A DNA stretch of 32,000 nt from positions 480,001-512,000 of the forward strand of contig OY781039.1 in NCBI GenBank assembly GCA_963676105.1, written 5' to 3'. Position numbers and translations under genes: made by a program. Below the pieces are notes generated by a model. It saw only the letters and a list, made by a program, of their open reading frames with translations. It was not told the DNA's origin and made no database searches. The first letter of the stretch is position 1; every line of letters starts with the position of its first letter. Shown one piece after another: positions 1 to 9,043 of this stretch. The stretch is from Erysipelotrichaceae bacterium (lineage in GTDB: Bacteria; Bacillota_I; Bacilli_A; Erysipelotrichales; Erysipelotrichaceae).

Positions 1-1074
1 GGGAAACTACTTTATAACTATCATCGCGCAAGACAAGCTGTTAAAACAGCACAATTCATTATTCTTGTTGAAGGAGTCATGGATGTTATTGCGTATGATA
101 AGGCAGGGGTGTCTAATGCGGTTGCTTCATTAGGTACGGCATTAACGATTGATCAAATCCGTTTACTCAAAAACGCTAGTACCAATGTCTATCTTTCTTA
201 TGATTCAGATGATGCTGGTCAAATGGCAACACAAAAAGTTGGAAGACTACTAAGTGAACAGGGTTTCAAAGTATCAGTTTTAAGAAATAACTTAGCTAAA
301 GATATCGATGAAACACTTCAGAGATATGGTGTTGAAGCCATACAAAATATCGTTAAATCAAAAATAAGTTTTGTAGAATATCTCTTTGAATCGAGTATGA
401 ATCGACTAGACTTAGAAAATTATTCACAAAAGAAAGAATTTGCCCGTTTAATGATGTTAGAATTAAAGTCCATTAAAGATGCGTTTGATCAATCTCATAT
501 GAGAAATCGCATTATGGATGTAACAGGCTTTAGTGAAGAACAACTTGATTTATTAGTTCCACAAGATCAATCAAGAAAACCACAGCTAAAAAAGTCTCAA
601 AATCTAAGAAAAGTTTTAAAACAAAATGATTTATCTGATTGGGCTGAAAAAGAAATCTTAGGTCAAATGCTTGTGTCTCAAAATGCAATGCAAGTATTTA
701 GAAAAGAATTAGGTTATTTCGTTAATGACTTATATCAGAAGATAGCCTTAAAGATTATGCATTACTATAGACATCACGACTCCATTGTAGTCGCTGATTT
801 TATCAATACACTCGATTCTGACGAAGCTATTGAATGCATCACTCAAATTGTTGAAAGTGATATATACTATAATAGCTACAGTGAAAAAGCACTCTTAGAT
901 GCGATTGTACAAGTGAAAATAAATACCATCGATATTCAAATCGACCAGTTCAAACAGGAACACAAAGAAGCACTTGTACTCGATAGCAACGAAGAGTTAA
1001 TGATTCAATATCAGTCGCTATTAAAACAGCGTCGAGAATACTTAAAGAAAAAAGGGGAGTCAAATGGCAAGTAA
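1..1074 (+). CDS. dnaG: DNA primase DnaG, C-terminal part (5' end outside window)
   Basis: Frame 1 is open from nt 1. Nt 1-78 give [26 protein letters not shown], continuing [10 protein letters not shown]...SYDSDDAG, which is the Toprim signature of DnaG. It lies directly upstream of and overlaps rpoD (conserved dnaG-sigA arrangement). Stop TAA at 1072-1074. Confidence 0.9.
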   Translation, partial: GKLLYNYHRARQAVKTAQFIILVEGVMDVIAYDKAGVSNAVASLGTALTIDQIRLLKNASTNVYLSYDSDDAGQMATQKVGRLLSEQGFKVSVLRNNLAKDIDETLQRYGVEAIQNIVKSKISFVEYLFESSMNRLDLENYSQKKEFARLMMLELKSIKDAFDQSHMRNRIMDVTGFSEEQLDLLVPQDQSRKPQLKKSQNLRKVLKQNDLSDWAEKEILGQMLVSQNAMQVFRKELGYFVNDLYQKIALKIMHYYRHHDSIVVADFINTLDSDEAIECITQIVESDIYYNSYSEKALLDAIVQVKINTIDIQIDQFKQEHKEALVLDSNEELMIQYQSLLKQRREYLKKKGESNGK

Positions 1075-2665
1075 AGTAAAAACATTAGAAGAATTAAAAG
1101 CAAGTTTTGTTAAAACGTATAAAAAGAAAAAGAAACTCACACAAGATGAAGTTGATAAAGCCTTAAGTATTTATGACTTAAGCGATGAAGATGCTCAAGA
1201 GTTTATAGATGGTCTTTTAAGTGCAGGCGTTAAACTCACAGAAGACATTGATGATGACGATATGGAGGATACACCTCTTGTCGTTGATGATGTCGAATCA
1301 GATGGAAATGAAGATGATGACGAAGATCATGATAAACCGGCTAAAACGGTGCGTAATTATTCTTCAAATACGGCAGCACGTGTTAACGATCCCGTTAAAC
1401 AATATTTAAAAGAAATTGGGCGTGTTGACTTATTAACATCCGCAATGGAAACAGAATATGCGATTGCCATTCGTGATGGTGTCGCGATTTATAAAGTGTG
1501 GGTCGAAAAAGTTTTTTCTTGGTTTACCCTAAATGAAGAATCAAAAGATTTTGCGAAATTAAGTGCCCAAGTTTCATATGACTTTGAAGCAGCTGAAGCT
1601 TTTAAAGAATTAGAAGCATCTGCGTTTGATATTACTTATCTCGCGATTATGAACCGCTTTAAAGTGCTTATTAATCGTGAAGAAACACTTAAGAAAGAGT
1701 TTCAAATTATTCAAGATTTTGATCGTTTTGAAGAATTAGATTATGCCAATTCATTTTCAAGTATCCGCTCAGTATTAGGATGTCCTAATTTAGCTGAACT
1801 CTTTAATGATTTAAAAACAGATGTTGAAGAATATCGTCATTTTATCTATAAGAATTTATTAATAAATATGGCAGAACATTTCTTTGATGATGTTGACCAA
1901 GCTAAAGAAGATCTACGTATTATTCATGCAGGTGATATGGCTAAACAAGAACTTATTTCTGCTAACTTACGTTTAGTTGTATCGATAGCTAAAAAATATG
2001 TAGGTCGTGGCATGTTGTTCTTAGATTTAATTCAAGAAGGTAACATGGGACTTGTTAAAGCGGTTGAAAAGTTTGACCATACAAAAGGTTTCAAATTCTC
2101 TACTTATGCCACATGGTGGATTAGACAAGCGATTACTCGTGCGATTGCTGACCAAGCACGTACGATTCGTATTCCAGTTCATATGGTTGAAACGATTAAT
2201 AAATTAACCCGTATTCAAAGACAACTCGTTCAAGATTTAGGTCGTGATCCTTCAGCTGAAGAAATTTCCGCAAAAATGGAAGGCATTACACCTGAAAAAG
2301 TTCGCGAAATTCAAAAGATTGCTTTGGAACCTGTTTCACTTGAAACACCAATTGGAGAAGAAGATGATTCTCATTTAGGTGATTTTATTGAAGATAAAGA
2401 TGCAATGTCACCAGACGAATATGCTAATAATCAACTCTTAAAAGATGAAATTAATAATATTCTTCAAGGTTTAACAGAACGTGAAGAAAAAGTTTTACGT
2501 TTACGTTTTGGCCTATATGATGGACGTACACGTACTTTAGAGGAAGTTGGTAAAGAATTTGATGTTACGCGTGAACGTATTCGTCAAATTGAGGCAAAAG
2601 CTTTACGTAAATTAAAACATCCAACACGCTCTAAACGTTTAAAGGATTTTAACGACAAAATTTAA
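1064..2665 (+). CDS. rpoD: RNA polymerase primary sigma factor (SigA/RpoD), unusually long at 533 aa
   Basis: Region 1.2 [17 protein letters not shown]; region 2 [39 protein letters not shown]...[27 protein letters not shown]; region 4.2 [38 protein letters not shown] lies upstream of ATG 1064. Confidence 0.96.
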   Translation: MASKVKTLEELKASFVKTYKKKKKLTQDEVDKALSIYDLSDEDAQEFIDGLLSAGVKLTEDIDDDDMEDTPLVVDDVESDGNEDDDEDHDKPAKTVRNYSSNTAARVNDPVKQYLKEIGRVDLLTSAMETEYAIAIRDGVAIYKVWVEKVFSWFTLNEESKDFAKLSAQVSYDFEAAEAFKELEASAFDITYLAIMNRFKVLINREETLKKEFQIIQDFDRFEELDYANSFSSIRSVLGCPNLAELFNDLKTDVEEYRHFIYKNLLINMAEHFFDDVDQAKEDLRIIHAGDMAKQELISANLRLVVSIAKKYVGRGMLFLDLIQEGNMGLVKAVEKFDHTKGFKFSTYATWWIRQAITRAIADQARTIRIPVHMVETINKLTRIQRQLVQDLGRDPSAEEISAKMEGITPEKVREIQKIALEPVSLETPIGEEDDSHLGDFIEDKDAMSPDEYANNQLLKDEINNILQGLTEREEKVLRLRFGLYDGRTRTLEEVGKEFDVTRERIRQIEAKALRKLKHPTRSKRLKDFNDKI

Positions 2666-3327
2666 TGTTATCTAAACGACTTAATACACTAGCTTTAATG
2701 ATAGATCCTTGTGATCAAATGTGCGATGTGGGAAGCGATCATGCGCTTTTACCCATCGCACTTTTAAAATCAAATAAAGTTAAAAAAGCCATAGTGGTTG
2801 AAGTAGCCAAAGGACCTTTAGAAAAAGCAAAACTTGAAGTAGCACAACAGGGAGTTACGGATTCTGTCACATTTTATTTAAGCAATGGTCTACAAGAAGT
2901 AAATGACAAGATTGACGCAGTTGTGATTGCAGGTATGGGTTTTGATACGATTTCTATGATCATTAATGATTCTTTAGATAAATTTAAAAAAATTGATCAA
3001 ATTATTATTCAATCAAATTCAAAACTTTTTGAACTTAGAGAATTTATGAATCAAAATAAATTTGAAATGATTGATGAAGTATTTATACAAGAGCGCAAAC
3101 GTTCATATATTGCCATGAAATACCGTTATAACGAGAATACAAAAGACTTGAGTGAAACAGACTATTTATGTGGTCCAATACTTATAAAAAAAAGCAATAA
3201 TCACTATGATCATTACTTATTAAACTTATATAAACAATATCGTAGTTTTCTAAAAAATGATGCGAATCGCTATCAATCGAAAGTAGAATGTTTAAGAGAC
3301 GTTTTAAATCCTAAAGGAATGCTTTAA
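2665..3327 (+). CDS. trmK: tRNA (adenine22-N1)-methyltransferase TrmK (YqfN family)
   Basis: N-terminus LSKRLNTLALMI...CDVGSDHALLPIALL...AIVVEVAKGPLEKAK...GL resembles B. subtilis YqfN/TrmK as I recall it. The start overlaps the rpoD stop (TAATG). Its position after sigA matches Bacillus. Confidence 0.8.
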   Translation: MLSKRLNTLALMIDPCDQMCDVGSDHALLPIALLKSNKVKKAIVVEVAKGPLEKAKLEVAQQGVTDSVTFYLSNGLQEVNDKIDAVVIAGMGFDTISMIINDSLDKFKKIDQIIIQSNSKLFELREFMNQNKFEMIDEVFIQERKRSYIAMKYRYNENTKDLSETDYLCGPILIKKSNNHYDHYLLNLYKQYRSFLKNDANRYQSKVECLRDVLNPKGML

Positions 3328-4225
3328 TTTTAGAAGCTTCTTCACTAGGATTTTTTTTATCTCTAATGGCTTCACAATATGCAATCACTTGATTGGTGAT
3401 AAAGGTTGGTGTCGAAGCACCAGAAGTAATCGCAATACTTTCATGTTGATTCAATTCAATAACTGCTAACTGTTTATAAGATTGAATGAAATGAACGGTT
3501 TTTATACCTTTATTTCGTCCGAGTTTTGCCAACATTGAAGAGTTGTTAGATTTTGGATCACCAACGACAATTAAACAATCAACTGCTTTTAAATTAAGGA
3601 CTGCCTCTTGACGAAGACGCGTAGCTGAACAAACTTCATTTGAAATGATTAAATTAGGATATTTGATCTTAGCCGCATCTATAATTTCTTGAATGTCTAA
3701 AAGTGACATTGTTGTTTGATTAGTTAAAAAGAGTTTTGTTTGATCTATTTTTAATGTTTCAATATCTTTCAAACTTGTTAGTAGGTGAATATGTTTTTCA
3801 TCAGTTGTACAAATGGCTTCTGATTCAGGATGACCTTTTTTTCCGATATAAAGAATGTCATAACCGTCTTCTAGATATGATTCAACTAATTTTTGAGTTG
3901 AGATAACATCTTCACAACTTGCATCAATGCCTATGAGTCCTTTTTCTTTGGCCTTATCAATAACATTTTTATTGATTCCGTGTGCTGTGAAGATAACAAC
4001 ACCATCATCAACAGATTCTAAAAGTTTAAGTCGTGAACTATTTTTTGATTCAAGCGTATCAATGTGCATTTCTTTTAAACCAGAGACAACATGATCGTTG
4101 TGAACCAGTTCGCCTAAGACAGTTATTTTTTCTTGAGGATAATCGATAGAAGCCTGTTTTGCCATCTGTATTGCCTTAACAACGCCTTTACAATAACCTC
4201 TAGGTGTGATATTAATTATTTCCAT
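3311..4225 (-). CDS. ispH: 4-hydroxy-3-methylbut-2-enyl diphosphate reductase (MEP pathway)
   Basis: 304 aa. N-terminal PRGYCKGVVKAI, HNDHVV, and a third cluster Cys in NEVCSATRLRQEA are typical IspH/LytB Fe-S ligand motifs. Confidence 0.92.
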   Translation of the reverse strand: MEIINITPRGYCKGVVKAIQMAKQASIDYPQEKITVLGELVHNDHVVSGLKEMHIDTLESKNSSRLKLLESVDDGVVIFTAHGINKNVIDKAKEKGLIGIDASCEDVISTQKLVESYLEDGYDILYIGKKGHPESEAICTTDEKHIHLLTSLKDIETLKIDQTKLFLTNQTTMSLLDIQEIIDAAKIKYPNLIISNEVCSATRLRQEAVLNLKAVDCLIVVGDPKSNNSSMLAKLGRNKGIKTVHFIQSYKQLAVIELNQHESIAITSGASTPTFITNQVIAYCEAIRDKKNPSEEASKIKAFL

Positions 4226-4234
4226 GTCTTAGAA

Positions 4235-4243
4235 ATCATAACA
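4235..4243 (-). promoter_or_regulatory. Extended -10 (TGtTATGAT) for ispH, 9 nt upstream of the ATG
   Basis: The minus strand reads TGTTATGAT-ttctaagac-ATG. No SD-like purine run lies in between. Confidence 0.4.
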
Positions 4244-4252
4244 CACTTGTAC

Positions 4253-4280
4253 TTGAAAACATTTATAGACACTTTATAAT
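4253..4280 (+). promoter_or_regulatory. Sigma-A type promoter for the DEAD-box helicase gene
   Basis: TTGAAA (4253-4258), 16-nt spacer, TATAAT (4275-4280). SD GAGG at 4287-4290, ATG at 4296. Confidence 0.45.
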
Positions 4281-4295
4281 TAATGCGAGGTCCAT

Positions 4296-5630
4296 ATGAC
4301 ACAAAGAAACGATATTATTAATGCATTTTTAAATGAAAACAATTTTACTCAACTGAGCCAAGTTCAATCTCAGGCTTTTAAACCAATCACCAAGGGTAGA
4401 GATGTTATTGCTTTATCTAAAACAGGAACAGGTAAGACTTATGCTTATTTATTACCAAGTTTTGTAAATGTAAATAGTAAAGAAGACAAAACACAGTGTG
4501 TCATTATTTGTCCAACTCAAGAACTTGTTGAACAAACATTAAAATTTGCGCAAAATTTAATACCAATTTTTCCAGAACTTCGTCTTCAAGGCATATCAAA
4601 ATTATCTGATGATATGCGTTTGACTACTAAACAAGTTCCACATGTTTTAATTGGAACTTTGGGAAAACTAAAATCACTTTATATTGAAAAACAAGTTTAT
4701 CGAATTGATCACATTAAAACGTTGATTATCGATGAAGCAGATATGATGTTAGATCCTGATAATCTTGCTGATTTAGATGAATTTGCTGGTAAGATGCCAG
4801 AAAAACTTCAAACATTAGTTTTTAGCGCAACGATCCCGAATCAATTAAATAAGTTTATGCGTACTTATATGCATAATGCTTTCCAAATTAATATTGAAGA
4901 AGATAAAAGTTTTGATCCACGCATTGAACATATTCTTATTTCTCAAAAAGAAGATGAAATTAAGAAACTAGATCAATTATTGATGCATATTAATCCTGCT
5001 TTATGTATTATCTTCGCGAAAGATGGAAAACAACTAGAAAGTTTAAAAACATTTTTTGAAACAACTAAGTTTAAATTCACATCGATCCATGGACAATTAA
5101 ATCCACGTGAAAGACATCAAGTTTTTAAACAAATTAAAGATAGTAATGTTCAATATGTGCTCGCAACAGATTTAGCGGCACGAGGTCTAGATTTAGAATT
5201 GGCAACGGATGTTATTTCATTAGGGTTTCCAAGTGATTTAAGCTTTTATACTCATCGTGCTGGACGTATAGGTCGTGCAGGTAAGAGTGGACGTAGTTTT
5301 GTGATTTATTCAATTAAGGATGATTCAGTGATTCGTAAACTTATTGATATGGGCTTGCAATTCAATCATCAAGCTGTAAGTAATCGTGGATTCAAAGATT
5401 TGCGTTCTTATACCTATACTTATCACGCTAAGAAAACAGAGCTTGATAAGGAAGTTGAAAAAATTGTTAAAGGTCGACCACGTAAAGTAAAACCTGGTTA
5501 TAAAAAGAAATTAAATCGTGAAATTGATCAAATAAAGCGTAAGCGTAAACGTCAAATGATTCAAGATAGTATTAAGGCTCAACAAAAAGAGAAATCTAAA
5601 CAACAACAAAGAGAAAAGGGAAGAAACTAA
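4296..5630 (+). CDS. cshB: DEAD-box ATP-dependent RNA helicase (CshB/YqfR-like) with a Lys/Arg-rich C-terminal tail
   Basis: Q motif, motif I SKTGTGKT, Ia PTQELV, II DEAD (IIDEADMML), III SAT, V ATDLAARGLD, VI HRAGRIGRAG. About 440 aa and located between ispH and ispG, as B. subtilis yqfR is (from memory). Confidence 0.88.
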   Translation: MTQRNDIINAFLNENNFTQLSQVQSQAFKPITKGRDVIALSKTGTGKTYAYLLPSFVNVNSKEDKTQCVIICPTQELVEQTLKFAQNLIPIFPELRLQGISKLSDDMRLTTKQVPHVLIGTLGKLKSLYIEKQVYRIDHIKTLIIDEADMMLDPDNLADLDEFAGKMPEKLQTLVFSATIPNQLNKFMRTYMHNAFQINIEEDKSFDPRIEHILISQKEDEIKKLDQLLMHINPALCIIFAKDGKQLESLKTFFETTKFKFTSIHGQLNPRERHQVFKQIKDSNVQYVLATDLAARGLDLELATDVISLGFPSDLSFYTHRAGRIGRAGKSGRSFVIYSIKDDSVIRKLIDMGLQFNHQAVSNRGFKDLRSYTYTYHAKKTELDKEVEKIVKGRPRKVKPGYKKKLNREIDQIKRKRKRQMIQDSIKAQQKEKSKQQQREKGRN

Positions 5631-5642
5631 TTTCTTCCCTTT
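5615..5642. terminator. Bidirectional intrinsic terminator shared by the convergent cshB-like gene and ispG
   Basis: Perfect 12-bp stem AAAGGGAAGAAA (5615-5626) / TTTCTTCCCTTT (5631-5642) with loop CTAA. T-rich sequence follows on both strands. Both stop codons lie in or next to the loop. Confidence 0.6.
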
Positions 5643-6691
5643 ATTTCGTTTTCAATTTCTATTTTTAATTCTTCAACAATTTTATCTTGTGGAATACTTC
5701 GAATATATTCACCTTTTTTAAAGAGTAGGGCTTCATTTTTACCACCAGCTACACCTATATCTGCACGTGAGGCTTCTTGTGGACCATTAACGGGACAACC
5801 CATTACCGCAACTGATATTTCTGTATCGAGCGTATTTAGATAAGCTTCAACTTCTTTAACAATTGGTAACATATCATATTGAATACGGCCACAAGTAGGA
5901 CATGCGATTAAGTTAGCGACTTTGTTGTATAAACCAAAGCTATTTAAGAGTGTTTTCGCAACGCGTACTTCTTCAACCGGATCATCACTGATAGAAATAC
6001 GTATAGTATCACCAATGCCTTGATGTAAAAGTGTTCCTAAGGCAGCACTTGATTTAATGGATGAAGTAAATAATGTGCCTGCTTCCGTAACTCCTAAATG
6101 AAGTGGATATGGGAAAACTTCAGCAGCTTTTTGATAAACTTCGATGGTTAAGACGACATCTGATGATTTAAAGGATAAGACAATATCATGAAAATCAAGT
6201 TCAGTTAGTAATTTAACATGAAACTTTGCCGCTTCAATCATCGCATCTACACAAGGTTCACCGTATTTATCGAGTATGGTTTTTTCAAGTGATCCAGCAT
6301 TTATACCAATTCGTATTGGAATATGTTTGGCCTTACATGCATTCACAACTTGAGTGATATGATCAGGATTTTTGATATTTCCAGGATTTAATCGTATTTT
6401 ATGGATACCATTTTCAATCGCGATTAAAGCTAAACGATAATTAAAGTGTATATCAGCGACTAAAGGTACATTTGTTTCCTTAACAATTTCTTTAATGGCG
6501 TTGGCATCTTCTTCATCTAATACAGCTAAACGAACAATTTCACAGCCATTAGATTGTAGGGCTTTTATTTGTGCGATTGTCGCTTCAACATTTTTTGTTT
6601 TTGTATTGGTCATGGATTGAATCCAGACTTTATTTTGTCCACCAAGTTGTAAATCTTTAATTCTTAATGGACGAGTTTGAGTTCTTTGCAT
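5627..6691 (-). CDS. ispG: 4-hydroxy-3-methylbut-2-en-1-yl diphosphate synthase (MEP pathway)
   Basis: 354 aa. Has IQSMTNT, and Fe-S Cys motifs CPTCGR and GCPVNGPQEA, typical of GcpE/IspG. Confidence 0.95.
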   Translation of the reverse strand: MQRTQTRPLRIKDLQLGGQNKVWIQSMTNTKTKNVEATIAQIKALQSNGCEIVRLAVLDEEDANAIKEIVKETNVPLVADIHFNYRLALIAIENGIHKIRLNPGNIKNPDHITQVVNACKAKHIPIRIGINAGSLEKTILDKYGEPCVDAMIEAAKFHVKLLTELDFHDIVLSFKSSDVVLTIEVYQKAAEVFPYPLHLGVTEAGTLFTSSIKSSAALGTLLHQGIGDTIRISISDDPVEEVRVAKTLLNSFGLYNKVANLIACPTCGRIQYDMLPIVKEVEAYLNTLDTEISVAVMGCPVNGPQEASRADIGVAGGKNEALLFKKGEYIRSIPQDKIVEELKIEIENEIKGRN

Positions 6692-6707
6692 AATTCACCT
6701 CGCAAAA

Positions 6708-6716
6708 AGTATAGCA
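6708..6716 (-). promoter_or_regulatory. Extended -10 (TGcTATACT) for ispG
   Basis: The minus strand reads TGCTATACT, then 16 nt containing SD GAGGTG, then ATG (6691). Confidence 0.45.
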
Positions 6717-6742
6717 CATATGTACTTCAGTCATTATTGCTT

Positions 6743-6748
6743 TATAAT
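6743..6748 (+). promoter_or_regulatory. -10 box (TATAAT) immediately upstream of the PBP gene
   Basis: TATAAT at 6743-6748 lies 11 nt from ATG 6760 (5 nt from the TTG at 6754). No SD and no good -35. Confidence 0.35.
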
Positions 6749-6759
6749 GTCTTTTGTAT

Positions 6760-8808
6760 ATGTTTAAAATAAAGTTAAATTCTAAATTAAAAGGACAAGT
6801 TTTAGCCTCTAAAAAAGAAACAGATTATCAGAAAATCTTTGCGAATCGTATTCGTATTTTTCTCTTAGGTATTAGTTTAGTATTCTTAGTTGTTTTATTT
6901 CAACTCTTTCGCATACAAGTTATAGAAAATGAAAATTATGTTGAAAAACTAGAAAGTTTTACACAACTTACCCAGAATATGGCTTCACCTAGAGGTAAGA
7001 TTTTTGATCGCTATGGTGAAATCATGGTCACCAATACTGAGCGTTTAGCTATTGTCTATTTTCCACCTGCTAATTTAACATCAAGTATGGAATGGGATTT
7101 AGCGTATAAAATGGCTGATACCTTTGAATTTGATTATTCAAATTTAACGAGTCGTGATTTAAAAGATTTATTTTTAAGACTTTATCCTAATGAAGGAACA
7201 GATTATATTAAATCGGATGAATGGGATGCTTACTATGATGGTGAGCTTTCTGATAATGATATTTATATGCTTAAACTTAGTCGTATTACAGAAGCTGATT
7301 TAAGACGTTTAGATGATCGAACTAAAGAAGCGTATGTGGTTGAATATGCGATGAGTGTTGCGCCTTATAATAGTTTAAAAGTTATAAAAGATGATGCGAG
7401 TATCGAAGAAGTTGCTTATTTAATTGAACATAATTCATCTTTCCCTGGTTTTGATGTCAATATTTACTTTGATCGATCATATCCACAAGGTACTTTGCTT
7501 AGAGGTCTTTTAGGTTCTGTTACATCATCTTCGCAAGGTTTGGCATCAGAAAACCTATTAACTTATTTAGCTTTAGGTTATGCCCGTAATAGCTCTGTGG
7601 GAAGATCTGGTCTTGAATTTCAATATGAAACTTTATTAAAGGGAAGTGATAGTACGTATCTTGTTAATTTCAATGATGATGGATTAGCCTATTTTACGGA
7701 ATCAATTGAAGGTTCAAAAGGACAAGATTTAATCTTAAGTATTGATAGTGACTTACAACAAAAAGTTGAAGAAGTCTTAGGTCAAGCTTTAACGGATAAT
7801 ATTGATAATCCTTATCGAGAATATATGGAATCCATATACTTAGTTGCACTTCGCCCAAGTACTGGGGATGTTTTAAGTATTGCAGGCATGAAAATTACGG
7901 ATGAAGGCACTGTTTATAATGATCCTGTTTCTGCTTACACAGATTCTTATGCGGCCGGTAGTTCAATCAAAGGCGCAGTTGTTTATATGGGCTTAGCAGA
8001 GGGTTTGATAGATGCGGGTGAGTATATATTAGATACACCGGTTAAGATTGCTGATACGCCTTTAAAGCGTTCATGGATGGATTTAGGTTATGTTAATGAT
8101 CTTACAGCCTTATCAAAATCTTCAAACGTATACATGTTTCACATCGCAATGAGACTTGGGGGAGCAGATTATAGTTATAACGCACCACTAACGATTGATA
8201 TTGAAGCTTTTAATACTTTTAGATCTTATTTCTCACAATTTGGTTTAGGTGTGTATACAGGATTAGATGTTAATAATGAAAGTTTAGGCTATCGTGGATT
8301 CTCCTCTTTAGGTGGTCACTTATTAGATTTTGCGATAGGCCAATACGATACGTATACAACGATACAATTAGCTCAATATGTGTCTACAATTGCGAATGAT
8401 GGACTTCGTGTTGAACCAAGACTACTGCTTGAAAGTCATATCAATGATACAAATATTGTGACTTATGAGAATCCGGTAACGATATTAAATAGCTTAAATG
8501 ATATTGATGCGCTAAATCGTGTACAAGATGGGTTTAGACTTTGTGTTACTGATGGTTTATGCCGATCATTATCATATCTACCTGCAAGTGTTGCGGCAAA
8601 AACAGGTACAGCTGAAAACTATATCTATCCAGCAGACGGAGATAGTTTTGATGCCCCTAACTCAACCCTTGTTTCATATGCACCATTTGAAGCGCCTGAA
8701 ATTGCGATTGCATGTGCAGCACCACATGCTTGGAATACAAGATCACAAGCAAACATTTGTTTGGGTATAACAAATGAAATTTATGCATATTATTTTTCAA
8801 AAGAATAG
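6760..8808 (+). CDS. Class B penicillin-binding protein (PBP2/PbpA-like transpeptidase)
   Basis: N-terminal membrane anchor (IFLLGISLVFLVVLF). Transpeptidase motifs SxxK (SSIK), SxN (SSN) and KTG (KTGTA). First ATG at 6760; the ORF track starts at the TTG at 6754. Confidence 0.88.
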   Translation: MFKIKLNSKLKGQVLASKKETDYQKIFANRIRIFLLGISLVFLVVLFQLFRIQVIENENYVEKLESFTQLTQNMASPRGKIFDRYGEIMVTNTERLAIVYFPPANLTSSMEWDLAYKMADTFEFDYSNLTSRDLKDLFLRLYPNEGTDYIKSDEWDAYYDGELSDNDIYMLKLSRITEADLRRLDDRTKEAYVVEYAMSVAPYNSLKVIKDDASIEEVAYLIEHNSSFPGFDVNIYFDRSYPQGTLLRGLLGSVTSSSQGLASENLLTYLALGYARNSSVGRSGLEFQYETLLKGSDSTYLVNFNDDGLAYFTESIEGSKGQDLILSIDSDLQQKVEEVLGQALTDNIDNPYREYMESIYLVALRPSTGDVLSIAGMKITDEGTVYNDPVSAYTDSYAAGSSIKGAVVYMGLAEGLIDAGEYILDTPVKIADTPLKRSWMDLGYVNDLTALSKSSNVYMFHIAMRLGGADYSYNAPLTIDIEAFNTFRSYFSQFGLGVYTGLDVNNESLGYRGFSSLGGHLLDFAIGQYDTYTTIQLAQYVSTIANDGLRVEPRLLLESHINDTNIVTYENPVTILNSLNDIDALNRVQDGFRLCVTDGLCRSLSYLPASVAAKTGTAENYIYPADGDSFDAPNSTLVSYAPFEAPEIAIACAAPHAWNTRSQANICLGITNEIYAYYFSKE

Positions 8809-8826
8809 GCAAACAAAAGTTGTTTA

Positions 8827-8835
8827 TGATATAAT
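8827..8835 (+). promoter_or_regulatory. Extended -10 (TGaTATAAT) for rpmG
   Basis: TGATATAAT lies 27 nt upstream of ATG 8863, with SD GAGGAAAG in between. Confidence 0.4.
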
Positions 8836-8862
8836 GCTCAATGCATAGTGAGGAAAGCAAAA

Positions 8863-9012
8863 ATGAGAGAAAATCTGACCTTAGTGTGTACAGAATGTGG
8901 TGAAGAAAACTACATCAATACACGCAATAAAAAGAAACATCCTGAACGTATGCAAGTGAACAAATACTGTCCACGTTGCAACAAGAAAACCGTTCACAAG
9001 GAGAAAAAATAA
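8863..9012 (+). CDS. rpmG: 50S ribosomal protein L33 (zinc-binding, four-Cys form)
   Basis: Not in the ORF track (49 aa). My translation: [49 protein letters not shown]. It has the CxxC...CxxC and NKKxxPERxxxxKYCP signature of L33. Good SD; stop TAA at 9010-9012. Confidence 0.9.
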   Translation: MRENLTLVCTECGEENYINTRNKKKHPERMQVNKYCPRCNKKTVHKEKK

Positions 9013-9035
9013 AAAGGCCAGCCAATGGCTTTTTT
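9013..9035 (+). terminator. Weak hairpin plus T-run after rpmG
   Basis: AAAGGCCA (9013-9020) pairs with TGGCTTTT (9026-9033), with one G-U pair and a 5-nt loop. The stem is short and the next ATG is only 8 nt downstream, so termination is probably partial at best. Confidence 0.35.
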
Positions 9036-9043
9036 AATTTGTT

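Noticed and set aside
1244-1333. Asp/Glu-rich low-complexity tract in sigma factor ([10 protein letters not shown]...DDDEDHD)
   Set aside because: An acidic region 1.1 is normal for primary sigma factors, so this is not a repeat element.
1221-1409. 62-aa alternative-frame ORF inside rpoD
   Set aside because: It is embedded in the GAT/GAA-rich acidic tract of sigma region 1.1, and its Met-rich nonsense translation marks it as a frame artefact.
3332-3341. 10-bp perfect palindrome AGAAGCTTCT in the trmK/ispH junction
   Set aside because: It has no loop, so it cannot form a hairpin. It is most simply a chance palindrome within ispH coding sequence.
8519-8860. Two short ORFs (83 aa plus strand, 67 aa minus strand) at the 3' end of the PBP gene
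   Set aside because: They overlap the conserved KTGTA-containing C-terminus of the PBP, have no SD, and show His/Leu-rich odd composition.
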